Assembly (NCBI GenBank): GCA_902546615.1
Contig: CACCKE010000004.1
Coordinates: forward strand, 9,646-73,645
Source: an uncultured Pelagibacteraceae bacterium
GTDB lineage: Bacteria > Pseudomonadota > Alphaproteobacteria > Pelagibacterales > AG-422-B15
Direction of reading: 5' to 3'
Length of the DNA stretch: 64,000 nt
The notes under the pieces: generated by a model
What the model was told of the DNA's origin: nothing
Seen by the model: only the letters and a program-made list of their open reading frames with translations
Databases searched by the model: none
Position numbers and translations under genes: made by a program
Shown: positions 1-11,834 of the stretch, one piece after another
How positions within the stretch are numbered: the stretch's first letter is position 1
How the letters are laid out: each line of letters opens with the position of its first letter

Positions 1-209
1 TATTTTGCTTTTGCCAATCTTCTGAGAGGTTTCCATCCTGTAAATCTTTTAATTTTATATTTTTGTTTATGGTCAGTTTCATGAGTTTTTCCGTCAGCTA
101 ACACGAGAACTTCAATCCCATGGTTTACCATAGCTTCTGCCATTCCAGTCATTAAAGATTCAATGCCTCCGATTTTTGGTGCAAAGCATTGGGTTGTGAT
201 GATGATCAC
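1..209 (-). CDS. Glycosyltransferase family 4 (GT-B), N-terminal part; runs off window edge
   Basis: My translation from GTG at 209: MIIITTQCFAPKIGGIESLMTGMAEAMVNHGIEVLVLAD..., typical GT4 N-terminus (hhhhT..F.P..GGh); open to window start. Confidence 0.65.
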   Translation of the reverse strand, partial: MIIITTQCFAPKIGGIESLMTGMAEAMVNHGIEVLVLADGKTHETDHKQKYKIKRFTGWKPLRRLAKAK

Positions 210-219
210 TTGAATTTCT

Positions 220-780
220 TCATTCTTTCCACTTAATTGAACATCCAATACTTGGTATCTGGTCCTTTGGACCTAACCCCGTTTCTGAAACTTGCATCAT
301 TGCTTCTAAAAGCTCTTTTCTAGCATTTGGAATTATTTCCATTTTAGACTCTTCAAGTCTGCCTCTGTATTGAAGTTCATTATTTCCATTAAAACCAAAA
401 AAATCGGGAGTGCACACTGCATTATATTTCCGTCCGACATTTTGGGTCTCGTCATAGACGTAAGGAAACACAAAATTATTTTTGTCAGAAAATAACTTCA
501 TGTTATCAAATGAGTCTTCTTCACCATATTTTGGATCTTTTACATCATTAGACATAATTGCGATTACGCCTATACCTTTTTCTTTTAGTATGGTTGTATC
601 TTCAACAATTCGATGTATTACTGATTTTACGTATGGACAGTGATTGCATATGAACATTACCAGCGTTCCATTTGGACCTTTAATATCTTGAAATGAATAG
701 TATTTGTTATCGATTCCAATAAGATTAAATTCTGGAGCTTTCCATCCAAAATTACAGATCGGTGTTTCTAATGCAACCAT
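220..780 (-). CDS. Thioredoxin-fold AhpC/TSA (redoxin) family protein
   Basis: FICNHCPYV CxxC, AVCTPDFF, YRGR, C-terminal SIGCSIKW. Confidence 0.9.
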   Translation of the reverse strand: MVALETPICNFGWKAPEFNLIGIDNKYYSFQDIKGPNGTLVMFICNHCPYVKSVIHRIVEDTTILKEKGIGVIAIMSNDVKDPKYGEEDSFDNMKLFSDKNNFVFPYVYDETQNVGRKYNAVCTPDFFGFNGNNELQYRGRLEESKMEIIPNARKELLEAMMQVSETGLGPKDQIPSIGCSIKWKE

Positions 781-849
781 AATTTTCTTTCTATTGTTTA
801 AATACCTAATTATCTTTACTATATTTCTTACTTAACTAAATAACAAGAT

Positions 850-1380
850 ATGATCTATTCACTTGGAGATAAAAAAATAAATCGAGATAATGCAGACTTC
901 TGGGTTGCCCCAAGTGCTTCTGTGATCGGGGATATTACACTGAAAAAAAATGCAAGCGTATGGTTTGGAGCTGTTCTAAGGGGCGACAATGACCCAATAA
1001 TTGTTGGTGAAAATTCCAATATTCAAGATAATTCTGTTTGTCATACGGACGATGGAATGCCATTAACAATAGGGGACAATGTCACAGTGGGTCATAAAGT
1101 TATCTTACATAGCTGTTCAGTGGGCAATAATTCTCTCATAGGAATGGGCTCGACTGTTCTAAATAAGGCAAAAATAGGCAATAATTGTTTAGTTGGCGCC
1201 AATACTCTAATAACTGAGGGAAAAGAATTCCCTGACAATAGCCTTATAGTGGGATCCCCTGGAACTGTTAAAAGAGAATTGACAGATATGGAAAAACAGA
1301 TAATTGAACTTAGTGCTTTTCACTATGTTGAAAATATGAAAAAATTTAGAGATAATTTAAAAGAAGAAAATATTAAATGA
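850..1380 (+). CDS. Gamma carbonic anhydrase family protein (YrdA/PaaY/CaiE-like hexapeptide repeat)
   Basis: VLRGD, SNIQDNSVCH, VTVGHKVILHSC zinc-ligand histidines. Confidence 0.9.
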   Translation: MIYSLGDKKINRDNADFWVAPSASVIGDITLKKNASVWFGAVLRGDNDPIIVGENSNIQDNSVCHTDDGMPLTIGDNVTVGHKVILHSCSVGNNSLIGMGSTVLNKAKIGNNCLVGANTLITEGKEFPDNSLIVGSPGTVKRELTDMEKQIIELSAFHYVENMKKFRDNLKEENIK

Positions 1381-3038
1381 ATACTTTTGACTACATAATT
1401 GCAGGAGCTGGTTCAGCTGGTTGCGTTTTAGCGAATAGACTCTCTAAAGATCCTGATATCAAGGTTCTTTTAATTGAAGCAGGCGGGACTACATGGCATC
1501 CGTTTGTTAAAATGCCAGCAGGTGTGCTTGAGTTAATTTCTGGTGAAGGTGCTGGTAAATTTTATAATTATGGCTATTGGACGGAAGGTCAACCACATTT
1601 AAATAATAGAAAACTTTTCTTCCCTCGAGGTAAAGGTTTAGGTGGCTCAAGTAACATTAATGGAATGCTCTACGTGAGAGGTCACTCTCGTGATTATGAT
1701 ATATGGAGACAGCTTGGTAATGAAGGATGGTCTTATGAGGAAGTGTTGCCTTATTTTAAAAGAGCTGAAAAAAATGAAAATGGATCATCAGAATTTCATG
1801 GAAGTGATGGAGAGCTAAGTGTTCAAAATCCAGTTTTTACAAATAATCCTCTACATCGATGTTTTTTAAATGCTGGCAAAGAGGCAGGCTACAAATACAT
1901 TGAAGACATTAATCAATACGATAATGAGGGTTTTGGACCATGTCCTCAAACTATTTCAAAAGGCTACAGAGCAAGTACGAGTTTTTCATTTTTAAATCCT
2001 ATTAAAGAAAGAAAAAATTTAACGATTGCAACTAATTCAACAACTAACAAACTATTATTTGAGGGCACAAAATGTGTTGGGCTTGAGTATTTAAAAGGAA
2101 AAGAAGTTATAAAAGCATATGCAGAAAGAGAAGTAATTGTTTGTGGAGGCGCGATTAATTCACCGCAAATATTACAACTGTCAGGAATAGGTAAAGGAGA
2201 TTATATAAAAAAATGGGGATTGAAAGTTGTAGCCGATCTTCCGGGAGTTGGTGAAAACTTACAAGATCATTTGGATGTATTATCTCACTACGAGTGCACG
2301 CAGCCAGTAACGGAAGCAAAATATACAGCAGGTGGACTTGCAGTATTCAGAATGGCGGCAATCTTAGCCCAATGGATGATAACAAAAAAAGGTCCAGGGA
2401 ATGACATTGGCTTATCAGGTGTATCATTTTTAAAAACAGATGATACGCTTGACCTTCCTGATATTCAAATGCACTTTATTGGATCGCTTTTAAAAGATCA
2501 TGGAAAGACGAGACCGGACTCACATGCTTTTAGTAATCACGTATGTATGCTTAGACCAGAAAGTAGAGGCTACATTGCACTCAAATCTCTAGATCCAACA
2601 GTTCCTCCTATTATTCAGCCTAATTATTTTGCTACTCAAAAAGATCGAGACACACTCATCAAGGGAGTAAAAATGTCTCGAGAAATTATGAATCAGTCTG
2701 CTTTTGATGAATACCGAGGTAAAGAAATGACCCCCGGAGTTCATGTTCAAACAGATGCTGAAATAGAAGAATTTATCAGAAACGCCGCTGAAACAATTTA
2801 TCATCCAGTTGGTACCTGTAAAATGGGCAGTGATGAATTTGCAGTTGTAGACGATAAATTAAGAGTTAGAGGAGTAGAAAATTTAAGAGTCATCGACGCG
2901 TCAGTAATGCCAACTCTAATTGGTGGAAATACGAACGCGCCAACAATTATGATAGCTGATAAAATTTCTGATCATATTCTTGGCAATGAATTCCTTCCCC
3001 CACAGCATGTAAGCTACAAAGATAAAAACGCTGCATAA
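1377..3038 (+). CDS. GMC oxidoreductase (choline/alcohol dehydrogenase-like)
   Basis: GAGSAG FAD motif, PRGKGLGGSSNING, GENLQDH, YHPVGTC, GGNTNAPT; substrate not determinable. Confidence 0.9.
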   Translation: MNTFDYIIAGAGSAGCVLANRLSKDPDIKVLLIEAGGTTWHPFVKMPAGVLELISGEGAGKFYNYGYWTEGQPHLNNRKLFFPRGKGLGGSSNINGMLYVRGHSRDYDIWRQLGNEGWSYEEVLPYFKRAEKNENGSSEFHGSDGELSVQNPVFTNNPLHRCFLNAGKEAGYKYIEDINQYDNEGFGPCPQTISKGYRASTSFSFLNPIKERKNLTIATNSTTNKLLFEGTKCVGLEYLKGKEVIKAYAEREVIVCGGAINSPQILQLSGIGKGDYIKKWGLKVVADLPGVGENLQDHLDVLSHYECTQPVTEAKYTAGGLAVFRMAAILAQWMITKKGPGNDIGLSGVSFLKTDDTLDLPDIQMHFIGSLLKDHGKTRPDSHAFSNHVCMLRPESRGYIALKSLDPTVPPIIQPNYFATQKDRDTLIKGVKMSREIMNQSAFDEYRGKEMTPGVHVQTDAEIEEFIRNAAETIYHPVGTCKMGSDEFAVVDDKLRVRGVENLRVIDASVMPTLIGGNTNAPTIMIADKISDHILGNEFLPPQHVSYKDKNAA

Positions 3039-3040
3039 TT

Positions 3041-5218
3041 TTGAATAAATTTTTATTTTCAATTCTTGGAATAGCTCTTATTTTTGTTTCAACATTTATA
3101 TTGGTTAATCAATATAATACTAGAAATTTTGCACAATCTAGTTTTTTAGAAATAGAAAAAAAATACTCTTACAAGATTGAACGAGATCAGTTTGGAGTAC
3201 CACATGTATATGGAGATACTGATAAAGATGCAGCATTCGGATTTGCTTATGCACAAGCAGAGGATGATTTAAAACATGTCGAGATGATGATTAAAATGTC
3301 TCGTGGTGAGCTTTCAAGTTTAAATTTTAATTCGAAAACAATCGCAGCTATTTATTCACTCATTACCGGTGATGGAGACATAATGGAAAACCTAGATGCA
3401 ATTGAAGGAGTAGAATTAGATTTTTTATTTAAATTTTTTAATGTTCAGGACACTGTAAATAAAAAAATCTCAGAGATTCCAAAGGAAACAATTAATTATA
3501 TAAAAGGTTATGCAGATGGACTTAATTATTATGCTGCAAAAAATCCGAACTTAGTTGATCAATCTTTATATCCAGCTACTGCATACGATTTGGTTGCTGG
3601 GATGACATTTCGGATGCCGTTATTTTATGGTATCGATCATTCAATTGCTGAACTCATCAATTTAATGGACGATAAAGAAGAGAAAGTTGCAATGAACATT
3701 AATGCTCTATCCGATAATCCAATAGTCGCAAGCATAAATACTTACTTTAAACCTTCAGGTTCAAACGCATTTGCTGTTTCCAAAAGTAGATCACAAGACA
3801 ATGAGACAATGCTTGTCATTAATTCACACCAGCCATTAACGGGTCCAGTTGCTTGGTATGAAATTCATATAAAAAGTGGAGAGGGCTTAAATATCATGGG
3901 CGGTACTTTTCCAGGGTCGCCATTTGTACATGTTGGCTTTAATGAATATCTCGGGTGGGGAGCAACAGTTAATCAGCCAGATTTATCCGATATTTATGAA
4001 TTAAAACTTAACCCAGAGAATAATGATCAGTATGAACTAGATGGTGCATGGGTTAATTTTACCGAAACGGATCAAGAATTTAAAGTTAAACTGTTTGGCC
4101 CTTTCAGTATTACATATCCTATACAAATGTATCATTCAGCTCATGGGCCTGTTCTAAAAGATGACAATAAAGCCTATGCCCTTCGGTTTGTAGGAATGAA
4201 TGATGTCAACCACTCAACTGCATGGCTCAAAATGAATAAATCAAAAAATATTGATGAATGGCTTGATGCCCTAAGAATGGAACAGCTAGCTAGTTTAAAT
4301 TTAGTTTACGCCGATAAAGAAGATAATATTTTTTTTGTTCATAATGTTAAATCGCCAGTAAGAGACCCAAACTATAATTGGATGCAAGTGGTACCCGGAA
4401 ATAAGAGTGATTTAATTTGGAACAATTTTCATCCTTTTGAAAGCGTGCCTCAGATCTTAAACCCAAGCTCTGGATATATATTTAGTACTAATCAAAATCC
4501 TTTTTTTGTTACAGCTAAGGAAGATAACTTATCTTTATCTAACTTTAATCCAACTATGGGTTTTCAAACACGAACAACGAATAGGGCATATAGAGCTTAC
4601 GAACTTCTTGATCCTGATAAATCAATATCATTTGGTGAACTTGATAAATATAAACACGATAATAAGTTTTCTTACAATTCAAGACAATACAAGTTTATGA
4701 AAGAAATTCTCAATCATGAATTTTCAGAAAATAAATTAAAAAATGCTCAAGAATTTTTGAGAGATTGGGATCTTGGAACTGACTCTGATAATTTACATGC
4801 TGCTTTTGGAGTTTGTATCTTATCTCCTGAATGGTTGGCAGAAATAACAAGAAAGCCACGCCCAGATCCAATCGACATCTTCATTAATTGTGTTGATGAG
4901 TTTGAGAAAAACTTTGGGACATTAAGTGTAAAATGGAGTGATGTTAATTTCTTGGAGAGAGGATCAAATTTAGTGCACATTCAAGGAGGGCCCGATGTTT
5001 TAAGGGCAATTTACGCCCCGCGAAGCAATGATGGTATACTCAAAGCTGTTGCTGGGGACGGCCTTTATATCTATGTAAAATGGGATGAAAATAAAAAACA
5101 GGTATCAAAAAGCATTCACCAATTTGGAAGCGCTACAATGAACATGGGTTCTCCGCACTATGATGATCAAATTAATTTATTTGCAAGTGAAAAGCTTAAA
5201 GATACATTCTTTAATTGA
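3041..5218 (+). CDS. Penicillin acylase / AHL-acylase family Ntn hydrolase (S45) with N-terminal membrane anchor or signal
   Basis: IERDQFGVPHV, GFAYAQAED, GSNAFAV (catalytic Ser241), NSHQP, WYEIH; hydrophobic N-terminus; TTG start. Confidence 0.88.
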   Translation: MNKFLFSILGIALIFVSTFILVNQYNTRNFAQSSFLEIEKKYSYKIERDQFGVPHVYGDTDKDAAFGFAYAQAEDDLKHVEMMIKMSRGELSSLNFNSKTIAAIYSLITGDGDIMENLDAIEGVELDFLFKFFNVQDTVNKKISEIPKETINYIKGYADGLNYYAAKNPNLVDQSLYPATAYDLVAGMTFRMPLFYGIDHSIAELINLMDDKEEKVAMNINALSDNPIVASINTYFKPSGSNAFAVSKSRSQDNETMLVINSHQPLTGPVAWYEIHIKSGEGLNIMGGTFPGSPFVHVGFNEYLGWGATVNQPDLSDIYELKLNPENNDQYELDGAWVNFTETDQEFKVKLFGPFSITYPIQMYHSAHGPVLKDDNKAYALRFVGMNDVNHSTAWLKMNKSKNIDEWLDALRMEQLASLNLVYADKEDNIFFVHNVKSPVRDPNYNWMQVVPGNKSDLIWNNFHPFESVPQILNPSSGYIFSTNQNPFFVTAKEDNLSLSNFNPTMGFQTRTTNRAYRAYELLDPDKSISFGELDKYKHDNKFSYNSRQYKFMKEILNHEFSENKLKNAQEFLRDWDLGTDSDNLHAAFGVCILSPEWLAEITRKPRPDPIDIFINCVDEFEKNFGTLSVKWSDVNFLERGSNLVHIQGGPDVLRAIYAPRSNDGILKAVAGDGLYIYVKWDENKKQVSKSIHQFGSATMNMGSPHYDDQINLFASEKLKDTFFN

Positions 5219-5254
5219 GCTTGTAGAAAAAAAATAATTATATAAAATTTATTC

Positions 5255-6820
5255 ATGTTATTACACGAGTATTTAGAAAATGGAGCAGAAAAAAATCCTA
5301 ATTTCCCTTTTTCTGAATTTGAAGGAAATTCGCTTTCTTATCAAGAAGCAAATTTATTAAGCAATCAATTGGCCAACAAACTTGTTTATGAGGGTTTAGA
5401 AGTTGGAGATAGATTTGCATTTCTTGCAAAAAATTGTACTGAAATGGCAATTATGTATTACGCAGCATCAAAAGTTGGTGCTGTACCTGTTCCACTGAAT
5501 TATCGTTTAGCGGACCAAGAGTGGGCATACATAATAAATGACTCTGAAGCCAAACTCATAATAGTCAAAGGTAATGAATATTCGGATAGAATAAATCAGA
5601 TTTCATCAGAGTTAAAAAATATAAAAAAATATATTTCTATATCGCTTGATAATAGCATCGAAAAATTTCAGGATTTTTATGATTGGCTTTCAGATAGTTC
5701 GAATGAAAAACCAACTTTAAAAATCTATGAAAATGATGACGTATATCAAATGTACACAAGTGGTACTACAGGCCATCCAAAAGGCGCAGTTCTTTTACAA
5801 AGAAATGTTTCTGCTAACATAAGACAGTATTTAAATAGTTTAACTTTACCAAGGCCTTCGAGAACTCTTTTGGTGGCACCAATGTATCATGCTGCAGCAA
5901 TGATTAATATGTGTGGATGCATTGCAATAGGTGGAACAATAGTTATTCAAGAGGATTTTATTCCGCAAGATGTAGTAGACTGTCTAGCAAATGAAAAAAT
6001 TACGCATACAGTTTTAGTCCCTGCAATGATTCAAGCTTGCTTAGTATCAGTGCCAAATGTTGCGAGTAACGAATATAATGATTTAGATCAGATACATTAT
6101 GGAGCCTCGCCAATCGCTCCAGAAACTCTCAAAAAGGCAATGGATGTTTTTAAGTGTAAATTTGGACAAGGTTTTGGAATGACAGAGACCGTCGCTGTTA
6201 TTTGTCTAATGACTCCAGAAGAACATATTCGTGCGCTTAATGAAAAACCTGAACTATTAAAATCATGCGGCAGACCTGCAATCGATACACAAGTTGAAAT
6301 AAGAGATGAAAATGATAACCCTCTTCCCATTGGAGAAATAGGTCAGATCTGCGCTAAGGGACCTCAAATTATGAAAGGTTATTGGAATAAAAAAGAGGAA
6401 AGTGAGAAAGCGCTTAAAGGTGGGTGGATGCATACAGGTGATGCAGGTCGAATGGACGAAGAAGGATTTGTATTTATACAAGATAGAATAAAAGACATGA
6501 TTGTGTCTGGAGGTGAGAACATTTACTCAACCGAAGTTGAAGCAGCTTTATTTGCACACCCTGATGTCGTTGATGCCGCGGTTATTGGTGTTCCAGACGA
6601 AAAATATGGTGAGGTAGTTAAAGCTTGTATTGTGAAAAAGGAAGGCTCAAATGTAACTGAGGATGATTTGATAAGCTTCTGTAAAGACAGAATTGCAAGC
6701 TATAAAAAACCCCAATCAGTAGATTTTATCGATGAAGTTCCAAGAAATGCTAGTGGAAAAGTTTTGAAAAAAGTATTGAGAGAACCGTATTGGAAGGATC
6801 AAGAAAGACAAGTAAGCTAA
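5255..6820 (+). CDS. Long-chain fatty acid-CoA ligase (ANL adenylate-forming enzyme)
   Basis: YTSGTTGHPKG, GFGMTE, HTGD, DRIKDMIVSGGEN, PRNASGKV. Confidence 0.9.
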   Translation: MLLHEYLENGAEKNPNFPFSEFEGNSLSYQEANLLSNQLANKLVYEGLEVGDRFAFLAKNCTEMAIMYYAASKVGAVPVPLNYRLADQEWAYIINDSEAKLIIVKGNEYSDRINQISSELKNIKKYISISLDNSIEKFQDFYDWLSDSSNEKPTLKIYENDDVYQMYTSGTTGHPKGAVLLQRNVSANIRQYLNSLTLPRPSRTLLVAPMYHAAAMINMCGCIAIGGTIVIQEDFIPQDVVDCLANEKITHTVLVPAMIQACLVSVPNVASNEYNDLDQIHYGASPIAPETLKKAMDVFKCKFGQGFGMTETVAVICLMTPEEHIRALNEKPELLKSCGRPAIDTQVEIRDENDNPLPIGEIGQICAKGPQIMKGYWNKKEESEKALKGGWMHTGDAGRMDEEGFVFIQDRIKDMIVSGGENIYSTEVEAALFAHPDVVDAAVIGVPDEKYGEVVKACIVKKEGSNVTEDDLISFCKDRIASYKKPQSVDFIDEVPRNASGKVLKKVLREPYWKDQERQVS

Positions 6821-8265
6821 GCTGTCGCCGTACCTCCAACAGTAAGATTTTCGATCAACATCGTAGGCTGCCCTACTCCAACAGGAACACTTTGCCCATC
6901 TTTACCGCACGTTCCAATTCCAGTATCCATTTTTGAGTCGTTACCAACCATTTTAACTCTTTTTAAAACATCAGGACCGTTACCGATAAGCGTCGCACCT
7001 TTTACAGGGTTTGTAACTTTACCATTTTCTATTTTGTAAGCTTCAGTACAAGTGAATACAAACTTACCACTTGTTATATCAACCTGGCCACCGCCAAAAT
7101 CCACAGCGTATAGGCCATTCTTAACTGATTTTAGAATTTCTTCGGGATGGCGATTACCCGATAACATATATGTATTTGTCATACGAGGCATGGGTAAGTG
7201 AGCATAACTTTCTCTTCTGCCATTTCCTGTAGGATTAACTCCCATTAGTTTTGAGTTTAATCTGTCCTGCATGTATCCAGTTAAAATTCCATTTTCAATT
7301 AATGTTGTACAGTTAGTTGGTGTACCCTCATCGTCAACGCTCAAAGAACCTCTACGAGAATCAATTGTTCCATCATCAACAACTGTCACTGACTCGTCAG
7401 CAATTTTTTCTCCCATAAGGTTAGAGAATGCAGAAGTTTTTTTTCTATTAAAATCACCCTCAAGCCCATGTCCTATTGCTTCATGTAGCAGTACACCCGG
7501 GTAACCCGGTCCAAGAACTACATCCATTTCACCTGCAGGTGTGTCAACAGAAGTAAGATTTATTTCAGCCTGATTGATTGCTTCATCTACCTGATTTTGC
7601 CAATGTGAGGAATTTAAGAAAGTTGAGTAATCTACTCTACCGCCTGAACCTCTGCTGCCATTTTCCTGACGTCCATCCTTTTCGAGAACGATTGACACAT
7701 AAAGTCTTACAAGAGGGCGAAGATCCTCAATCATAATTCCACCAGGCCTGTAAATTCTCACAGCCTGCCATTCACCGTTTAGTGATGCTGAAACTTGCTT
7801 AACATTTGGATTTTTTGATCTAGCGTATTCATCAATTTTTTTCAGAGTTTCTACTTTTTCTGAGAATTCAGTTTCATTAATTGGATTGATCTCATTGTAA
7901 AGTTTTCTGTTGGTTTTTGAAAAATTAGCGTTGAAATTTGCATTATGGTCTTTTGTGATAAAATTTACTGTTTCACTAGCTTTTTTTAGAGCGTTCTCAT
8001 CAATATCTGATGAATGAGCGTAGCCTGAACTTTCGCCAGCTATAGCTCTTAACCCAAAACCCTTTGATGTATCAAATGAAGCACTCTTTAACCTTTGATC
8101 ATCGAATACAAAGCTCTCACTTTCACAGAATTCCATGAAAAGCTCTCCGTCGTCTGCTTTGTGCAAAGCATCTGATACAATTTTACCAACTTTTGAGTTA
8201 TCTAAATTGCTTCTGGTGAAAAAGAGGCTGTCATTGGACTGATTCTCTTTTTTTTTGTTAATCAT
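6817..8265 (-). CDS. tldD: Metalloprotease TldD
   Basis: HEAIGHGLEGDFNRK, GNGRRES, PRMTNT, CGKDGQSVPVG. Confidence 0.95.
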   Translation of the reverse strand: MINKKKENQSNDSLFFTRSNLDNSKVGKIVSDALHKADDGELFMEFCESESFVFDDQRLKSASFDTSKGFGLRAIAGESSGYAHSSDIDENALKKASETVNFITKDHNANFNANFSKTNRKLYNEINPINETEFSEKVETLKKIDEYARSKNPNVKQVSASLNGEWQAVRIYRPGGIMIEDLRPLVRLYVSIVLEKDGRQENGSRGSGGRVDYSTFLNSSHWQNQVDEAINQAEINLTSVDTPAGEMDVVLGPGYPGVLLHEAIGHGLEGDFNRKKTSAFSNLMGEKIADESVTVVDDGTIDSRRGSLSVDDEGTPTNCTTLIENGILTGYMQDRLNSKLMGVNPTGNGRRESYAHLPMPRMTNTYMLSGNRHPEEILKSVKNGLYAVDFGGGQVDITSGKFVFTCTEAYKIENGKVTNPVKGATLIGNGPDVLKRVKMVGNDSKMDTGIGTCGKDGQSVPVGVGQPTMLIENLTVGGTATA

Positions 8266-8334
8266 CTCGAATTGTTCTGAATAAAAAATATCATTATAAA
8301 ATATAATAAAAAAACCCTAAAAACTAGCAAAAAT

Positions 8335-8350
8335 TGCGTCAAACTGTCGC
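8335..8350. promoter_or_regulatory. Putative RegA/PrrA binding site in tldD-coxB divergent spacer
   Basis: TGCGTC-AAACT-GTCGC fits GCGNC-Nx-GNCGC; GC-rich element in an otherwise AT-rich spacer. Confidence 0.6.
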
Positions 8351-8428
8351 GAAATAATGAGTAGTTTAATGCAAATTAAGCAGTATATATTAAGTAATAG
8401 CCCAAAACATTAAATCAATAATTTCTCT

Positions 8429-9256
8429 ATGAAAAATATTATTAAGATATTATTTTTTCTGCTAATACCGTCCGTTTCTCTGGCAAATGAAGGCATTTCC
8501 GAAAATTGGCAGCTAAGCTTTCAACAGCCTGCAACTGATTTAATGTCTGACATTATATCATTTCATAGTTATATTTTAATGCCTATCATTACAGGCATAT
8601 CACTTTTAGTACTTGGTCTTCTGCTATATATCATGTTCAGATTTAATAGTAGCCGCAATCATGTTGCTTCCACTACAACACATAACACAACAATTGAAAT
8701 ATTGTGGACTGTAATCCCAGTAATATTGTTAATTATTATTGCTATTCCATCTTTTAGATTACTATATGTTTCTGAAACAATACCAAAGGCAGATATAACA
8801 ATTAAGGCCATTGGCAATCAATGGTATTGGACTTACGAGTACCCTGATTTCGATGATATCTCTTTTGATGCCAACATGCTTGCTGATCATGAGCTATCAG
8901 ATCCAAAGTTAAGATTGTTAGAGACTGATACTCAAATTGTTGTACCAGTAGATAAAGTGGTCAAGCTTCAGTTAACTTCAGCAGATGTACTGCACGCTTG
9001 GACAATTCCAGCATTTGGTGTCAAGATGGATGCTGTACCGGGAAGATTAAATGAAACATGGTTTAAGGCTAATAAAGAAGGAATCTATTATGGCCAATGC
9101 TCAGAGCTCTGTGGTCCAAAACATGCATTTATGCCCATTAATGTTAAAGTTGTTTCAAATAAAGAATTTGAAGAGTGGATCGAATTTGCTAAATCTGAAT
9201 ATGCATCTTTAGAGATTAATTACAGTGACGATAAATTTGAAATGGCTAAAAAATAA
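8429..9256 (+). CDS. coxB: Cytochrome c oxidase subunit II
   Basis: QWYWTYEY, DVLHAW, CuA motif CSELCGPKHAFM. Confidence 0.96.
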   Translation: MKNIIKILFFLLIPSVSLANEGISENWQLSFQQPATDLMSDIISFHSYILMPIITGISLLVLGLLLYIMFRFNSSRNHVASTTTHNTTIEILWTVIPVILLIIIAIPSFRLLYVSETIPKADITIKAIGNQWYWTYEYPDFDDISFDANMLADHELSDPKLRLLETDTQIVVPVDKVVKLQLTSADVLHAWTIPAFGVKMDAVPGRLNETWFKANKEGIYYGQCSELCGPKHAFMPINVKVVSNKEFEEWIEFAKSEYASLEINYSDDKFEMAKK

Positions 9257-9285
9257 AATATTTTACTTAGAGGAGAAATATATAA

Positions 9286-10896
<1,611 letters not shown>

Positions 10897-10904
10897 AAAT
10901 TATA

Positions 10905-11834
10905 ATGGCAAATATTACCTCAGTTTCTAATAAACAGGAATTTGGGCTAGGTTCTATTGCGACAAAACTAGCTTTGTATATCTCCTTGCTTAAACCAAGG
11001 GTCATGTCACTTTCTATATTTACAAGCTTTGTAGGAATGATAATCGCACCTGGAAGTTTAAGTTTTACATCGGGCTTGCTCGCAATTCTTGCTATCTCAA
11101 TTGGTTCTGGTGCGTCAGGAGCACTAAACATGTGGTATGAGAGAGATACTGACAAATTAATGAATAGAACAAAAGATCGAGCTTTACCAACAAACCAAAT
11201 AAGCGCTAATGGGGCACTCATCTATGGCATAACACTCTCAATAATTGCTGTATCAATGCTTTACTTGGTTTCAAATTTAGCAGCTGCAGGATTACTTTTA
11301 ATGACAATTTGCTTTTATATATTTGTTTACACAATATGGCTTAAAAAGAGGACACCTCAAAATATTGTGATAGGAGGTGCAGCGGGAGCCTTTCCTCCGA
11401 TGATCGGTTGGGCAGTTGTGACAGGAGGAATCTCAACTGAGATTTGCCTTCTTTTCATGTTAATTTTTCTATGGACGCCTCCTCACTTCTGGGCTCTTGC
11501 ACTTTATAAATCTGATGATTACAAAAAGGCCGGAATCCCAATGATGCCACTGATTGTTGGTGAGCGGAAAACGATAAATTTAATTATCGCATATTCGATT
11601 ACCTTATTGCCACTTACTTTAATTATGAGTTCATACTATTCTTTGTTCTTTGGAGTTTCGTCAACAGCTCTAAGTATTTTTTTCATTTATTTGGCATTTG
11701 ATCTCAAAAGATCGTGGTTGAAAGATGGCTTACTTGAGCGAAAAGCTCAAATGCTGTTTTATTTTTCAATTATTTATCTGTTTAATATTTTCTCAATTCT
11801 ATTAATCGACAATTTACTATGGAATATTTACTGA
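10905..11834 (+). CDS. cyoE: Protoheme IX farnesyltransferase (heme O synthase)
   Basis: LLKPRV, DKLMNRTKDR, KKRTPQNIVIGG, WTPPHFWAL. Confidence 0.95.
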   Translation: MANITSVSNKQEFGLGSIATKLALYISLLKPRVMSLSIFTSFVGMIIAPGSLSFTSGLLAILAISIGSGASGALNMWYERDTDKLMNRTKDRALPTNQISANGALIYGITLSIIAVSMLYLVSNLAAAGLLLMTICFYIFVYTIWLKKRTPQNIVIGGAAGAFPPMIGWAVVTGGISTEICLLFMLIFLWTPPHFWALALYKSDDYKKAGIPMMPLIVGERKTINLIIAYSITLLPLTLIMSSYYSLFFGVSSTALSIFFIYLAFDLKRSWLKDGLLERKAQMLFYFSIIYLFNIFSILLIDNLLWNIY

